Source of the DNA: Candidatus Methanomethylicia archaeon
Lineage (GTDB): Archaea > Thermoproteota > Methanomethylicia > Nezhaarchaeales > B40-G2
Assembly (NCBI GenBank): GCA_029259155.1
Contig: JAPDJI010000021.1
Coordinates: 1 to 49,007, forward strand
DNA length: 49,007 nt
Direction of reading: 5' to 3'
Positions 25,657-35,582 of this stretch are shown piece by piece. The notes under the pieces are model-generated. The model ran no database searches. It saw nothing but the letters and a program-made list of their open reading frames with translations, and was not told where the DNA came from. How positions within the stretch are numbered: the stretch's first letter is position 1; each line of letters opens with the position of its first letter. The position numbers were made by a program, and so were the translations under genes.

Positions 25657-26838
25657 TCACCACCTCACCTGTATGTACTCAAAGCCTCCATCCATCTTAC
25701 CTTCCTCCGCGACCTTCAAGGCCTTTAATGCAGAGTCAGCTATTTCCGACATTGTCACTTCTCTGCCCCCTATGCCTGCTGCAAACCCTGAGATGCTTGG
25801 CCTCTGTTTTTCACCGTAGAATGCGGTTTTTAGGTCCGAGGTTAACGGCCCAGCCACGCTGCCAGGGGAGAAGGCTCTCTCAACCACAGCTACCGCCTTC
25901 ACCTCGCTGAGCGCGTCCACTATTTCCCTATATGGGAAGGGTCTAAACATCCTCACCTTTAGCAGCCCTGCCTTCACTCCCTTCTCTCTCAGTAGATCCA
26001 CGGCGTCTCTAGCGTTGCCGCAGAAGCTACCCATCATTACTATTGCCACCTCGGCTCCGTCCATCCTGTAAAACTCTATTACGTCATAGTACCTGCCCGT
26101 CAAGTCACCGTATTCCTTCCAGACTTTCTTCGCCACGTCCTTGCTTCGCCGAAGAGCATCTTCAAGCTGATACTTTAACTCAGTCTGGATTTCTGGCAAC
26201 CCTATGGCTCCCCAGGTTGTCGGTTTGCGAGGATGTAATGCGTGGCTTGGGATCTTTCTGGGGGGTAGGAACTTGGCTGCTTCTTCAGCCTCGAGCGGCT
26301 CTATGGCTTCTATTACATGGCTCAGGTGGAAACCGTCGAGATTTACCGTTACGGGTAGTAGCACTTCCTCGTCCTCGGCTATCTTGAACGCCGTGAAGGT
26401 AAGGTCAAAGACTTCTTGAGCGTTTTCCACGAAGAGCTGTATCCAGCCACAGTCCCTAGACCCCATCATATCAGTGTGATCTCCCCAGATGTTTAAGTTA
26501 GGCGACAGCGACCTATTAGCCACTGCCATGACTATAGGGAGCCTGTTGCCAGCAGCTATATACAACATTTCATGCATTAGAGCTAGTCCTTGCCCCGCCG
26601 TAGCTGTAAATACTCTCGCTCCAACAGCTGAGGCACCTATACATGCGCTCATGGCTGAGTGCTCAGACTCAACGTTTATGTACTCAGCGTCAAGCTCGCC
26701 GTTAGCTACGTACTCAGCTAACCTCTCCACTATGTGGGTCTGAGGAGTTATGGGGTAGGCGGCTATCACGTCCACGTTGGCCAGCTTCACGGCCAATGAA
26801 GCTGCATGTGACCCTTCGATAGCTATGCGCTTAGCCAT
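25657..26838 (-). CDS. porA: pyruvate/2-ketoisovalerate:ferredoxin oxidoreductase alpha subunit
   Basis: [22 protein letters not shown] and FRPFP motifs. Confidence 0.92.
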   Translation of the reverse strand: MAKRIAIEGSHAASLAVKLANVDVIAAYPITPQTHIVERLAEYVANGELDAEYINVESEHSAMSACIGASAVGARVFTATAGQGLALMHEMLYIAAGNRLPIVMAVANRSLSPNLNIWGDHTDMMGSRDCGWIQLFVENAQEVFDLTFTAFKIAEDEEVLLPVTVNLDGFHLSHVIEAIEPLEAEEAAKFLPPRKIPSHALHPRKPTTWGAIGLPEIQTELKYQLEDALRRSKDVAKKVWKEYGDLTGRYYDVIEFYRMDGAEVAIVMMGSFCGNARDAVDLLREKGVKAGLLKVRMFRPFPYREIVDALSEVKAVAVVERAFSPGSVAGPLTSDLKTAFYGEKQRPSISGFAAGIGGREVTMSEIADSALKALKVAEEGKMDGGFEYIQVRW

Positions 26839-27130
26839 ACTCCACTACCTCCTCAACCATCTCTATGGCCTTATAGGGACATATCCTGGAGCATAAGCCG
26901 CAGCCTTTACAGTGATAGTAATCGATCTCTACAACTCCGTCATCTTTCAGTACTATGGAGGCATCAGGACAGTGTGCCCAGCAAATGTAGCATTGTTTGC
27001 ATTTCTCTTGATCGATGACAGGCTTAAGCCCTGTCCTCCACTCTCCTGTCTTGGACTCAGCTATATTACCAGGCTCCGTGATTATAGCGGCTATGGGTAG
27101 CTCTCTCCATGAAGGCTTAAACTTATCCAT
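26831..27130 (-). CDS. porD: 2-oxoacid:ferredoxin oxidoreductase delta subunit
   Basis: KTGEWR, CKQCYICWAHCPD and CKGCGLCSRICP. Confidence 0.92.
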   Translation of the reverse strand: MDKFKPSWRELPIAAIITEPGNIAESKTGEWRTGLKPVIDQEKCKQCYICWAHCPDASIVLKDDGVVEIDYYHCKGCGLCSRICPYKAIEMVEEVVEYG

Positions 27131-27131
27131 G

Positions 27132-27683
27132 CTACACTACCTCCGTCTCTTCATAGGCTCTCTTGACTGCTTCTACATTGCGCGGTCCTAGCTTAGGGCC
27201 AAACCGCTCCTCCACCTTGTTAAGTAATGTGTCGAGCTTAACGATACCGACCACCTTCGCGAAGGCACCTAACATGGAGGTGTTCGTTATAGGTACCTTC
27301 AATATCTCCCTGGCTATCTTAAGCGCATTTATCGATGCAACCTTGCATTCCAAACCAAGCATTTTCTTAAGCTCGGCTGGAGGCCTAGAGGTGCAGACTA
27401 TGAAAGACGTCTCGGGCTTAATGCCTTCCAAGACCTCGCTGAGCTTAAGCAACGTTTCATCTATCACCACTATTACGTCGGGGCTTTTGATCGATCCTCT
27501 TGTCCTTATGGGTTTATCGCTAAGCCTATTGAAGGCTTGCACCGGCGCTCCTCGCCGCTCTGCGCCGAAGGAAGGCATAGCTTGAGCGTAAAGCCCTTCG
27601 TCAATGGCTGCGTGAGCTAGAAGCTCTGCTGCCGTTACTGCTCCTTGACCGCCTCTACCGTGCCACCTCACCTCTACTAACAT
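27132..27683 (-). CDS. porG: 2-oxoacid:ferredoxin oxidoreductase gamma subunit
   Basis: EVRWHGRGGQG, FGAERRGAP and NTSMLGA; start behind GGAGGT. Confidence 0.92.
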   Translation of the reverse strand: MLVEVRWHGRGGQGAVTAAELLAHAAIDEGLYAQAMPSFGAERRGAPVQAFNRLSDKPIRTRGSIKSPDVIVVIDETLLKLSEVLEGIKPETSFIVCTSRPPAELKKMLGLECKVASINALKIAREILKVPITNTSMLGAFAKVVGIVKLDTLLNKVEERFGPKLGPRNVEAVKRAYEETEVV

Positions 27684-27792
27684 CACACTACCTCCGATGG
27701 TTGGGCTAAAGACTTGCGGCACGAGCTTTATTAAGCTGACGGTCTGTTGGGCAAACTCTATTGAAGCCTTGAATTTAGCGGAAAGCTCCTGT

Positions 27793-29367
27793 TCACGATT
27801 GTTGCTTAAGACTCTTTAGTTTCTCGTAGAACATAGCCTTGTTTATGGCATCTATTAAGGCACCTACGGAGGCTATGACTATATCATCGTCCACCGCTTT
27901 GGCCCTAAACCTATTACTGAACTTATCTTTGATCGAGATCTCAACGCTTGCTAAAGAATCAGTTCCTCCAGTTATAGCTTCAATCTTATATTCATCGAGA
28001 GTGTACTGACCTATGGCTCCTATAGCTTTCTCTATGGCTTTGGCAGATGCATCGACAGGCCCAACACCTATGGCTGCAGCTCTTAGCTCTTTACCTCCAG
28101 CCTCTATAGTGACTGAAGCGGTGGGAGTTACGTTACTTCCCGTAACTACGATGAGCTCTTTTAGCGTTATGGCTTTTTCCCTATCAGGGATCCCACCTAT
28201 TACGGACTCAGCTATAGCAAACACGTCTTCGTCCATCAACGTCTTCTTAGCTTCTCCTAGCTCCCTGATCTTCATGACTATCTTTGTGAGCTGTTCCTCA
28301 CTAACCTTCATCCCCAGCTGCTCTAGGAAAGTCTTTACCCCATGCTTCCCTGTATGTTTACCAAACACGATCCTTCTGGTTTGTCCGACTACGCTTGGAT
28401 CAAAGGGCTCATAGCAGGCAGGCTCCTCTATGACACCGTGAACGTGAATCCCTGAGCGGTGAGCGAAGGCGTTACGTCCAACAATAGGATAGTTGGGAGG
28501 ATTATAGATTAGGCTGTATTTCTCAACGAGCCTAGAGACCTCCGTTATAAGCTCCTTTTTGATGTTTGTCGAACCTCCATAAAGCACCTCTAAGCCAACT
28601 ACGACCTGTTCTAGGCTGGCGTGTCCTGCCCTTTCACCTAGGCCATTAACGGTTACCTGTATTTGGTTTGCTCCAGCAACAGCTGCTGCGAGCGAATTGG
28701 CCGTGGCTAGCCCTAGGTCGTTGTGACAGTGCACCGAGATGACGATTTTCAGCTGTTCCCTTAACCTAGAGATAAGCGACTTCATGGCCTCCGGATTCAT
28801 CACGCCAACCGTGTCAGGAACATTTATCCTATCTGCCCCCGCTTCCTCTACGCTCTTGTATATTTTCACTAAAAAGTCGAAAGGCGTTCTCGTAGCATCT
28901 TCACAGGAGAACTCACATGTACAGCCATGGTCCTTAATGTACTCGACGGTCTCGACAGCTCTCTTAATAGCTTCTTCTTCGCTTATGCCGAGTTTGTACT
29001 TTAAGTGCCATGGAGAGGTGCCTATGAAGGTATGTATACAGCTTAAATCAGCTTTCAAGCAGGCGTCTACATCCTCCTTCACTGTCCTAGCGAGGCCGCA
29101 AATCTCCGCCTTTAACCCTAGCCTAGCTACGCTCTTGACTGAGTGTAGCTCTCCTTCAGAGCTTGAAGGGAACCCGGCCTCAATGGTATTTACGCCTAGT
29201 TCATCTAGGCGTTGAGCTATTGTGAGCTTCTCCTCAAGCCTAAAGGCTACGCCAGGAGTCTGTTCACCCTCCCTGAGTGTGGTATCGAAAATCCTAATTT
29301 TGCCTAATTTAAGTTGAGAGGATACTTCCTTGGTGTAGGGTCCTAAATAGATTTTGTACTTCTCCAA
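27793..29367 (-). CDS. 2-isopropylmalate/citramalate synthase family (DRE-TIM) with C-terminal regulatory domain
   Basis: DTTLREGEQTPG, PDTVG, HCHNDLG, GLGERAG and GVGPVDA motifs. Confidence 0.9.
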   Translation of the reverse strand: MEKYKIYLGPYTKEVSSQLKLGKIRIFDTTLREGEQTPGVAFRLEEKLTIAQRLDELGVNTIEAGFPSSSEGELHSVKSVARLGLKAEICGLARTVKEDVDACLKADLSCIHTFIGTSPWHLKYKLGISEEEAIKRAVETVEYIKDHGCTCEFSCEDATRTPFDFLVKIYKSVEEAGADRINVPDTVGVMNPEAMKSLISRLREQLKIVISVHCHNDLGLATANSLAAAVAGANQIQVTVNGLGERAGHASLEQVVVGLEVLYGGSTNIKKELITEVSRLVEKYSLIYNPPNYPIVGRNAFAHRSGIHVHGVIEEPACYEPFDPSVVGQTRRIVFGKHTGKHGVKTFLEQLGMKVSEEQLTKIVMKIRELGEAKKTLMDEDVFAIAESVIGGIPDREKAITLKELIVVTGSNVTPTASVTIEAGGKELRAAAIGVGPVDASAKAIEKAIGAIGQYTLDEYKIEAITGGTDSLASVEISIKDKFSNRFRAKAVDDDIVIASVGALIDAINKAMFYEKLKSLKQQS

Positions 29368-29421
29368 GTGTTTAGCCTCCGCGGCCTTTATCCACGTAGT
29401 AAGGTAGCTGTTAAGCTTAAC

Positions 29422-30396
29422 TCAACTTTCTAAAGCTTTCCTAAACTCTTCAGCTGCCCTTTCGGGAGACACCGTGTTGATGTAGACCTCAAAGCCTTGC
29501 TCAAATCCTGCATGTATAGATATTCTAGGCCTAACCTCTATGTGCCAGTGAAAGTACTCATAGCCTTCTACTCTAGGTGAAGCGTGGAGCCATAGGTTGT
29601 ATGGAGGGTCATTAAGCATCTTCGCTAAACATGATAAGGTGTGGCGTAGCGCTTCAGCTAGGTTTACGAGTTCCTCATCGTTCAGGGTAAGGGGTGAAGG
29701 TTCATGCCTTTTTGGGAGTAGCCAGAATTCATATGGCGATAAACCTGCTTTAGGAAACATAGCTACGTATCCTCCTCTATCATAAAACACCTCTCCTTCA
29801 ACCTCGATGTGACATAGAGGACACTCCTCCTTATGCCAGGCTTTCCTAAACACCTTAAACTCCTCTCTCAGCCTCTGAGGAATGAAAGGCAGGGCTATGA
29901 GCTGAGAGTGGGGGTGAAGGATAGATGCTCCTGCGCTTCTACCATGGTTCCTGAAGAAAGCTACATACTTAACGTAATCCATGGAATAGAGCTCTTGCAT
30001 CCTCGTGAAGATGGCTTTAAGGGCTAACATTAACTGCTCCTTAGAGGCTCTGTGAGGGTGTTCATCGTGTCGAGGTGATTCCACTACGACTTCGTGATGT
30101 CCTACAGCTCCTCCTCTGCTTAACTTTCCCAGCGTTGGAGGTTTAAAGGCTGGATATAGATTTTCAAAACACCTTACAAGCCATCCCTTAACCCTTTCAT
30201 CACCATCTTCCTTACGTTCGATACCCGTAGGTCCCTGGACGTATGCCAAAATAGCTGGCGGAGTGAGATGTTCATTTCCAGGACAAAAAGGACATGTCTG
30301 TTTTCCTCCTTCTAAGGGACGCTTAGCTCTTTCCTCCGCTATTACGACCCATTTACCTATGATCTTGCTTTTCCTTAATTGATCACCTGGGTTCAT
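29422..30396 (-). CDS. galT: galactose-1-phosphate uridylyltransferase (GalT/HIT family)
   Basis: ERAKRP, CPFCPGNE, GHHEV, AGASILHPHSQ and HWHIE motifs. Confidence 0.88.
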   Translation of the reverse strand: MNPGDQLRKSKIIGKWVVIAEERAKRPLEGGKQTCPFCPGNEHLTPPAILAYVQGPTGIERKEDGDERVKGWLVRCFENLYPAFKPPTLGKLSRGGAVGHHEVVVESPRHDEHPHRASKEQLMLALKAIFTRMQELYSMDYVKYVAFFRNHGRSAGASILHPHSQLIALPFIPQRLREEFKVFRKAWHKEECPLCHIEVEGEVFYDRGGYVAMFPKAGLSPYEFWLLPKRHEPSPLTLNDEELVNLAEALRHTLSCLAKMLNDPPYNLWLHASPRVEGYEYFHWHIEVRPRISIHAGFEQGFEVYINTVSPERAAEEFRKALES

Positions 30397-30419
30397 GACA
30401 GCTACCGGGGAGAGAGGAC

Positions 30420-30749
30420 CTATAGGTAAAGCTGCTCTGGTCTACGCTGCTCCATTCTTCTCGGCATTTTCTTGGAGTACCTATCAGTAATCTCTATGTC
30501 ATATTTTACAAACTCCTCAGCCATACGTTTAATGTTCCCGCTTATTTCTTCAAGCTCTTCTTTAGAGAACTGACCCATAATACTCGGGTTTAATACCCAT
30601 TGAAACCAACCCATAATACTTCTCTCCATGGCCCTAAGCGAAGCTGTAAGCAAATTTATCAGATCAAGCCTATCTTTATCTTGTTTGGAAGCCAGCTTCT
30701 CTATGGCTTTTAACATTTCTTTAGCTCCAGCCACCCAAGCTTCACTCAA
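30420..30749 (-). CDS. conserved archaeal protein (DUF2153-like)
   Basis: WV...DRLDL...MERSIMGWFQW..NP...YDIEIT pattern. Confidence 0.7.
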   Translation of the reverse strand: MSEAWVAGAKEMLKAIEKLASKQDKDRLDLINLLTASLRAMERSIMGWFQWVLNPSIMGQFSKEELEEISGNIKRMAEEFVKYDIEITDRYSKKMPRRMEQRRPEQLYL

Positions 30750-30873
30750 TCTAACACACCTTTAACGAGGGATTATGCCCCCCGACCTTTAAAGCTTTCC
30801 AACCTCAAAACCTGTTTCTTAAGGATAAGTGGCACCTCAGCATGTAGGTATATTGATGAAGATGTTTTAAAGA

Positions 30874-30893
30874 ACATAAGAAAAAACAAAGCA
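30874..30893 (-). terminator. oligo-T terminator downstream of the MBL-fold gene
   Basis: Minus strand reads GCTTTGTTTTTTCTTATGTT shortly after the stop at 30902. Confidence 0.4.
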
Positions 30894-30901
30894 AAGGCTC
30901 A

Positions 30902-31552
30902 TCAAGGTGAGCTATGCTGTAGCAACATTATTGTGGTTTCACTGGGCAGCTCTTCCTTTTTCACCTCTACTTCATTGGTGGTGAGGCGTTTAACGTTGTC
31001 TTTACCTTTAAGAAACTCCTCGACGCTAGCTAAGGGGAGTTTTAGGCCAGGAACCTTGAAGTGCATGGGAATGACCACCTTCGGTTTAAGCTGCTCTACC
31101 ACCTTGCTGGCGGCTGTCGCATCTATGGTAAAGGTGCCTCCGACCGGGGTCAATAGGATATCGACTTTTCCTATCTCCTCGATATCGTCAGGGGAGAGTA
31201 TATGGCCTAAATCTCCTAGGTGACATATGCGTAGCCCCTCCAGCTCAAACACATAGACAGTGTTAGGCCCTCTCTTGGCTCCCTTAACATCGTCATGATA
31301 AGTGGCCACTCCTTTAATCTTGACCCCTTTAACTTCATAGTTTCCAGGCCTATCCACTACGATAGCATCGGGTTTAGCCACTAGATTCTTTCCATCGGCG
31401 TGATCGAAGTGGTCATGCGATATCAATACTATGTCAGCGCTTGACTTGGGGGGAGGTATACCTATGTTGACTCCATCGTGAGGGTCTGTGACCACGGTGA
31501 CTTTGTCCTTAACCTCGAAGCAGGCATGGCCAAGCCACTTTATCTTAACCAT
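30902..31552 (-). CDS. MBL-fold Zn-dependent hydrolase (lactamase_B_3 type)
   Basis: WLGHACF, SHDHFDH, HLGDLG, PVGG and IPMH motifs. Confidence 0.9.
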   Translation of the reverse strand: MVKIKWLGHACFEVKDKVTVVTDPHDGVNIGIPPPKSSADIVLISHDHFDHADGKNLVAKPDAIVVDRPGNYEVKGVKIKGVATYHDDVKGAKRGPNTVYVFELEGLRICHLGDLGHILSPDDIEEIGKVDILLTPVGGTFTIDATAASKVVEQLKPKVVIPMHFKVPGLKLPLASVEEFLKGKDNVKRLTTNEVEVKKEELPSETTIMLLQHSSP

Positions 31553-31697
31553 GCTTCCACCCGTATGTCTTTTTGAGCCTTCATGGTTATTTAAAAGCTT
31601 CTTGAGTGAAGTTGACCCTTAAATTCTTGGTTTACAAAAGATAATAAACTTTAGCGGTGTTTGAGGTTTTTACCATCAAGTGAAGGTTTAGAGCTGT

Positions 31698-32822
31698 TCA
31701 GGGGGCCATGTAGTCGCTATATATGTTACTGTGAGGAGCGATGGATAGGAAGGGGGCTACCCTGACCATTTTCGGCGCAACTTGAGCTCCTTCACCTACA
31801 CTCGCCTCATCTCCAAGGACGCTTCTCTCCAAGAAAGCCTTATCGCCTATTTTGCATCTGGCGCCCACCACCGCGTCCTTTATCTTCGCCTCCTCGCCTA
31901 TCTCGGCTTCTTCTAAGACTATTGCCCTCTCTAGCTTAGCTCTCCTCTTAACCACAGTGTTGCTACCTATTACGGTGTAGCTGTAGAGTCTAGCTCCTCT
32001 CTCCACCTTAGCCCCACCACCTATCAGGAGAGGGGGCTCCATGTATACTTCGTCCTCGATCATTGCATCCTTAGCTATCCATAAACCGTTTCCTCTAAGC
32101 TCGGCGGATAGGTCTAGGTGGACCTTGCCGTCTAGAGCGTCCATGTTCGCTTTAATGTAGGTATCGAGCGTCCCTACATCGTTCCAGTATCCTTCATAAA
32201 TGAAGCCATAGATCTCCTCCCCTCTTCCTAACATCTGGGGGAATACGTCTCTTGAGAAGTCTATCATCTTGCCTTCAGGGATATACTTGAACACCTCAGG
32301 CTCTAACACGTAGATCCCTGCATTAGCCAGCTTGCTGAAGGCTTCTTCAGGTCTAGGCTTCTCCAGAAACTTAACGATGCGTTGCTCTGAATCGAGCTCA
32401 GCTATGCCGTAGTGTCTGGTATCAGGAACGGGGGTTAACACCATCGTCGCTAGCCCTCCCTTTTCTACATGTAACTTAACCACGGAAGCTAGATCAATGT
32501 CAGTTACCAGGTCTCCGCTGATGACAAGGAAGGTATCGGTCAGCTTTTCCCTAATCCTTCCAACGCCACCGGCGGTTCCTAAAGGCTTCTCTTCGATTGA
32601 AAACGTTATTTCGAGGCCTTCTACTTCCTTTAAGCATCGAGTTATGGCTTCTCCACCATACCACAGCGTGACTATGGTTTTCTTGAAACCTGTTTTCTTG
32701 AGCAGGTCGGCTACATGGCATATGATGGGCTTGTTAGCCACGGGCATGACAGGCTTAGGCCTGGTGAAGGTTAGAGGCCTAAGCCTTGTGCCCAGCCCTC
32801 CAGCCATAATTACAGCCTTCAA
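31698..32822 (-). CDS. NDP-sugar synthase / mannose-1-phosphate guanylyltransferase-like
   Basis: MAGGLGTRLRPLT..RPKP, LGTAG, FLEKP and YWNDVG motifs; hexapeptide tail. Confidence 0.9.
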   Translation of the reverse strand: MKAVIMAGGLGTRLRPLTFTRPKPVMPVANKPIICHVADLLKKTGFKKTIVTLWYGGEAITRCLKEVEGLEITFSIEEKPLGTAGGVGRIREKLTDTFLVISGDLVTDIDLASVVKLHVEKGGLATMVLTPVPDTRHYGIAELDSEQRIVKFLEKPRPEEAFSKLANAGIYVLEPEVFKYIPEGKMIDFSRDVFPQMLGRGEEIYGFIYEGYWNDVGTLDTYIKANMDALDGKVHLDLSAELRGNGLWIAKDAMIEDEVYMEPPLLIGGGAKVERGARLYSYTVIGSNTVVKRRAKLERAIVLEEAEIGEEAKIKDAVVGARCKIGDKAFLERSVLGDEASVGEGAQVAPKMVRVAPFLSIAPHSNIYSDYMAP

Positions 32823-32872
32823 CCCTCCTCCTTCCTAAATAGGGGGAGGGGGTTTATAGAGGCTTTGAGAAC

Positions 32873-33967
32873 CTATAAGCTCCATTCATTGAGGATGTCG
32901 TTGAGCTGTTGTATAGTTAATCCAGCTATTCCTAGCTTCTCCACGGTCCTCCCTTTTGCCCTATAGTCTTCACCGTTTATAATAGAGAACAACGTGATGA
33001 TGGAGGATATGGTCGAGGTGGTTACCCCTATCATGGAGCCTAAGGACTCCATGAATACAAGTCCGTATGGCACGTCCTCCGTGACGTACCTATCCATCGT
33101 AGTGGAAGGCCCCTTCATCTTTACCCCTGCCTCATATAGTGAGCCTGCCCCGAAGAATATTCCCATCCTGATTTCACAATCCTCCTTAGGTAGGCCTGGA
33201 GGGCATTCATAGAACTTTATGCCTAACTTCCTGCATAGAGCGCGCCTTTCATCATCTACAGCATCATAAACTTTGACCACGGACGGCGTTATACCCTCCC
33301 TGTAGAGGTAGAATTCTCCTTTAGAATACTCGATACGACCAACGTTTAGCAGTGTAGCTATCGGATGGGTGACAGGGTTAGGGTTGTTTATTGCAGCCTC
33401 CATTATGTTGGTGGCAGGGGTTGTGGAAGGGTAGAGCTCTTTAAGCCGATCTATGACTTCTCCTGTGTTCCTAGCTGGAAGGACGCCTGTAGGATTTAGT
33501 TTTGCGTTTACGTAAACCATTACCTTTGCGGGCTCTATGAGTCTGCAGCCGTATGGTAGGGTTGCGGTCTCCGCTATAGTAATCCTCTTTTTCACCCCTT
33601 TTTCCTTCAATAGTTTCGCTACCTCCAGAGACCCTGCGTTGCCTGGCATTAAGACCACTAGTTGGCCATCATGTAGGTAGGGAGCAAAGCTTTCCGCGAA
33701 GAGACTATGTCCAAAAGAAGGGACAACCAAGAATATTATTTCAGCACCATCTAAGGCCTCCTTAAAGTTAGTGGTAGCTTTATCGAGTTTAGCTACCCCT
33801 TGTCTAGCTTTGCCTAAGATCTCGACTTCTCCTTTATCCAGCGTGGGTTTGAAAGTTGCTTCAAAGTTTGGGTGCTCACATAGTCTCACTTTAAACCCTG
33901 CTAATGCAAGGTCAGCTGCAACCGCGTGTGCTCCATGTCCTCCTCCTAAGACAGCTATGGTTGACAT
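32873..33967 (-). CDS. NAD(P)-dependent opine (octopine/nopaline) dehydrogenase family protein
   Basis: GGGHGAHA Rossmann motif, ETATLPYGCR, NPNPVTHP, FYLYREG and RYVTEDVPYGL. Confidence 0.88.
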   Translation of the reverse strand: MSTIAVLGGGHGAHAVAADLALAGFKVRLCEHPNFEATFKPTLDKGEVEILGKARQGVAKLDKATTNFKEALDGAEIIFLVVPSFGHSLFAESFAPYLHDGQLVVLMPGNAGSLEVAKLLKEKGVKKRITIAETATLPYGCRLIEPAKVMVYVNAKLNPTGVLPARNTGEVIDRLKELYPSTTPATNIMEAAINNPNPVTHPIATLLNVGRIEYSKGEFYLYREGITPSVVKVYDAVDDERRALCRKLGIKFYECPPGLPKEDCEIRMGIFFGAGSLYEAGVKMKGPSTTMDRYVTEDVPYGLVFMESLGSMIGVTTSTISSIITLFSIINGEDYRAKGRTVEKLGIAGLTIQQLNDILNEWSL

Positions 33968-34018
33968 ACTTGATCCAGCTTACTTCAACTTTTAGTCAAT
34001 ATAAGAGTTAGGGTGTGT

Positions 34019-34729
34019 TTACTGCCCTAAACCGAGGTATAGGGAGCCCAGTTCAGGGTGGCTTAAGAGTTCATGGCAATTTCCTTCAAACGCTATTCTC
34101 CCTCCTACGAATAGGACGGCTTTATCACCACACTCAAGGGCTCGCTTAGCGTTCTGCTCCACTAGGACGATTGTTATTCCTTGCTCGTCTCTCAGCCTGG
34201 TTATCTCCTTCAACACTTGAAGTGCCATCTTCGGTGAGAGGTTAGCGGTGGGCTCATCGAACAACATTACTCTAGGCCTCCTCATCATGGCCATAGCCAT
34301 AGCCAACAACTGCCTTTCCCCACCGCTTAGCGTGTCTGCCTTTCTATCATAGTACTCCTTCAATAAGGGGTAGTAGCTAAGAACCTCTTCAAGTCTATCT
34401 TTCGTCTCCTCCCTGTTTAATGTATAGCTAGCCATCAAAAGATTCTCTTTCACACTTAGGTTTAGGAAGACGTTGCCTATTTGCGGTAAATAGGCGATAC
34501 CCTTTTTAGCTACTCTATGTGGAGGCGAGCCTGTGATATCCTCACCTTCGAAGACTATCCTGCCCGAGTACACGTTAGTCAACCCGAAGATGGTCTTAAG
34601 GAAAGTGCTTTTCCCGCTGCCATTAGGGCCAACTATTACTGTAAGCTTCTTAGGCTCCACCAACGTGGTGACGTCAAAAAGCACGTGAAACTTTCCATAA
34701 CCTGCGTTAACTTTCTCGATGTTAAGCAT
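34019..34729 (-). CDS. livF: branched-chain amino acid ABC transporter ATP-binding protein
   Basis: GPNGSGKST, LSGGERQ, DEP and VEQNA motifs. Confidence 0.9.
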   Translation of the reverse strand: MLNIEKVNAGYGKFHVLFDVTTLVEPKKLTVIVGPNGSGKSTFLKTIFGLTNVYSGRIVFEGEDITGSPPHRVAKKGIAYLPQIGNVFLNLSVKENLLMASYTLNREETKDRLEEVLSYYPLLKEYYDRKADTLSGGERQLLAMAMAMMRRPRVMLFDEPTANLSPKMALQVLKEITRLRDEQGITIVLVEQNAKRALECGDKAVLFVGGRIAFEGNCHELLSHPELGSLYLGLGQ

Positions 34730-34732
34730 GGG

Positions 34733-35501
34733 CTACCCCCCTAGGTAACCCTCTATTACGTTTGGGTCGGTTAAGACCTCTTCAGCTGAGCCTTTCGACA
34801 CTACCTTTCCTTGAACCATGGCGTAAACGTAGTCCACGTACTTGGTTGCAACCTCTAACCTATGTTCAACTATTAAGAAGGTAACCCCAAGCTCATTCTT
34901 TATCTTGACTAGGTGAGAGAATAGTCTATGCGCTAAAGCTGGGTTTACACCTGAAGCAGGTTCGTCCATCAATATCATGTTAGCCCCTGTCATCAGCGCC
35001 CTGCCCATCTCGAGTAACTTCAACTGTCCTCCGCTGAGCTCATTAGAAGGTTGATCCCATAAATCGCTAAGCTCGAGGATCTTCAATAGCTTGAACGCTT
35101 TCTCTACAGCCTCCTCCTCCTCCTTGACCCACGCTTTTCTGAAAGGTGCCTTCAAGAAGGTCTCTCCAGGATTATCTGGATGTGCTAGCAGCAAGTTTTC
35201 AAGGACTGTAAGCTTGATGAAGGGAGAGGGGATCTGGAAGGTCCTAACCAATCCTAGTTTGAATACTTTATGGGGTGGAAAGCCTGTTATGTCTTTGCCA
35301 TTAAACATAACCTTGCCTTCATCAGGCTTATAGAAGCCAGACACCACGTTTATGAGGGTGGTCTTCCCACTACCATTAGGCCCTATAAGCATGGTTAGGC
35401 TGCCTTTTCCTACTTCTAGGTCTACGCCATTAAGGGCTAAAAGGCCTCCAAACCTCTTCTTCAGCTTCTTGACGACTAGGATGGGGTTACCAGTCGTCCA
35501 T
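34733..35501 (-). CDS. livG: branched-chain amino acid ABC transporter ATP-binding protein; ATG at 35501 is out of frame by 1 nt (indel, or non-canonical ACG start at 35497)
   Basis: Frame reads TTGNPILVVKKLKKRFGGLLALNGVDLEV..MLIGPNGSGKTT, RTFQ, LSGGQ, DEPASG, VEH. Confidence 0.85.
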
Positions 35502-35582
35502 TTTCCCTCCTTTCAAGCAGCCTTAGAAGCTGAGCTTTCTATCAACTTATAAAGCTTTTTAAGATCAAAAAATTAAGGGTTT

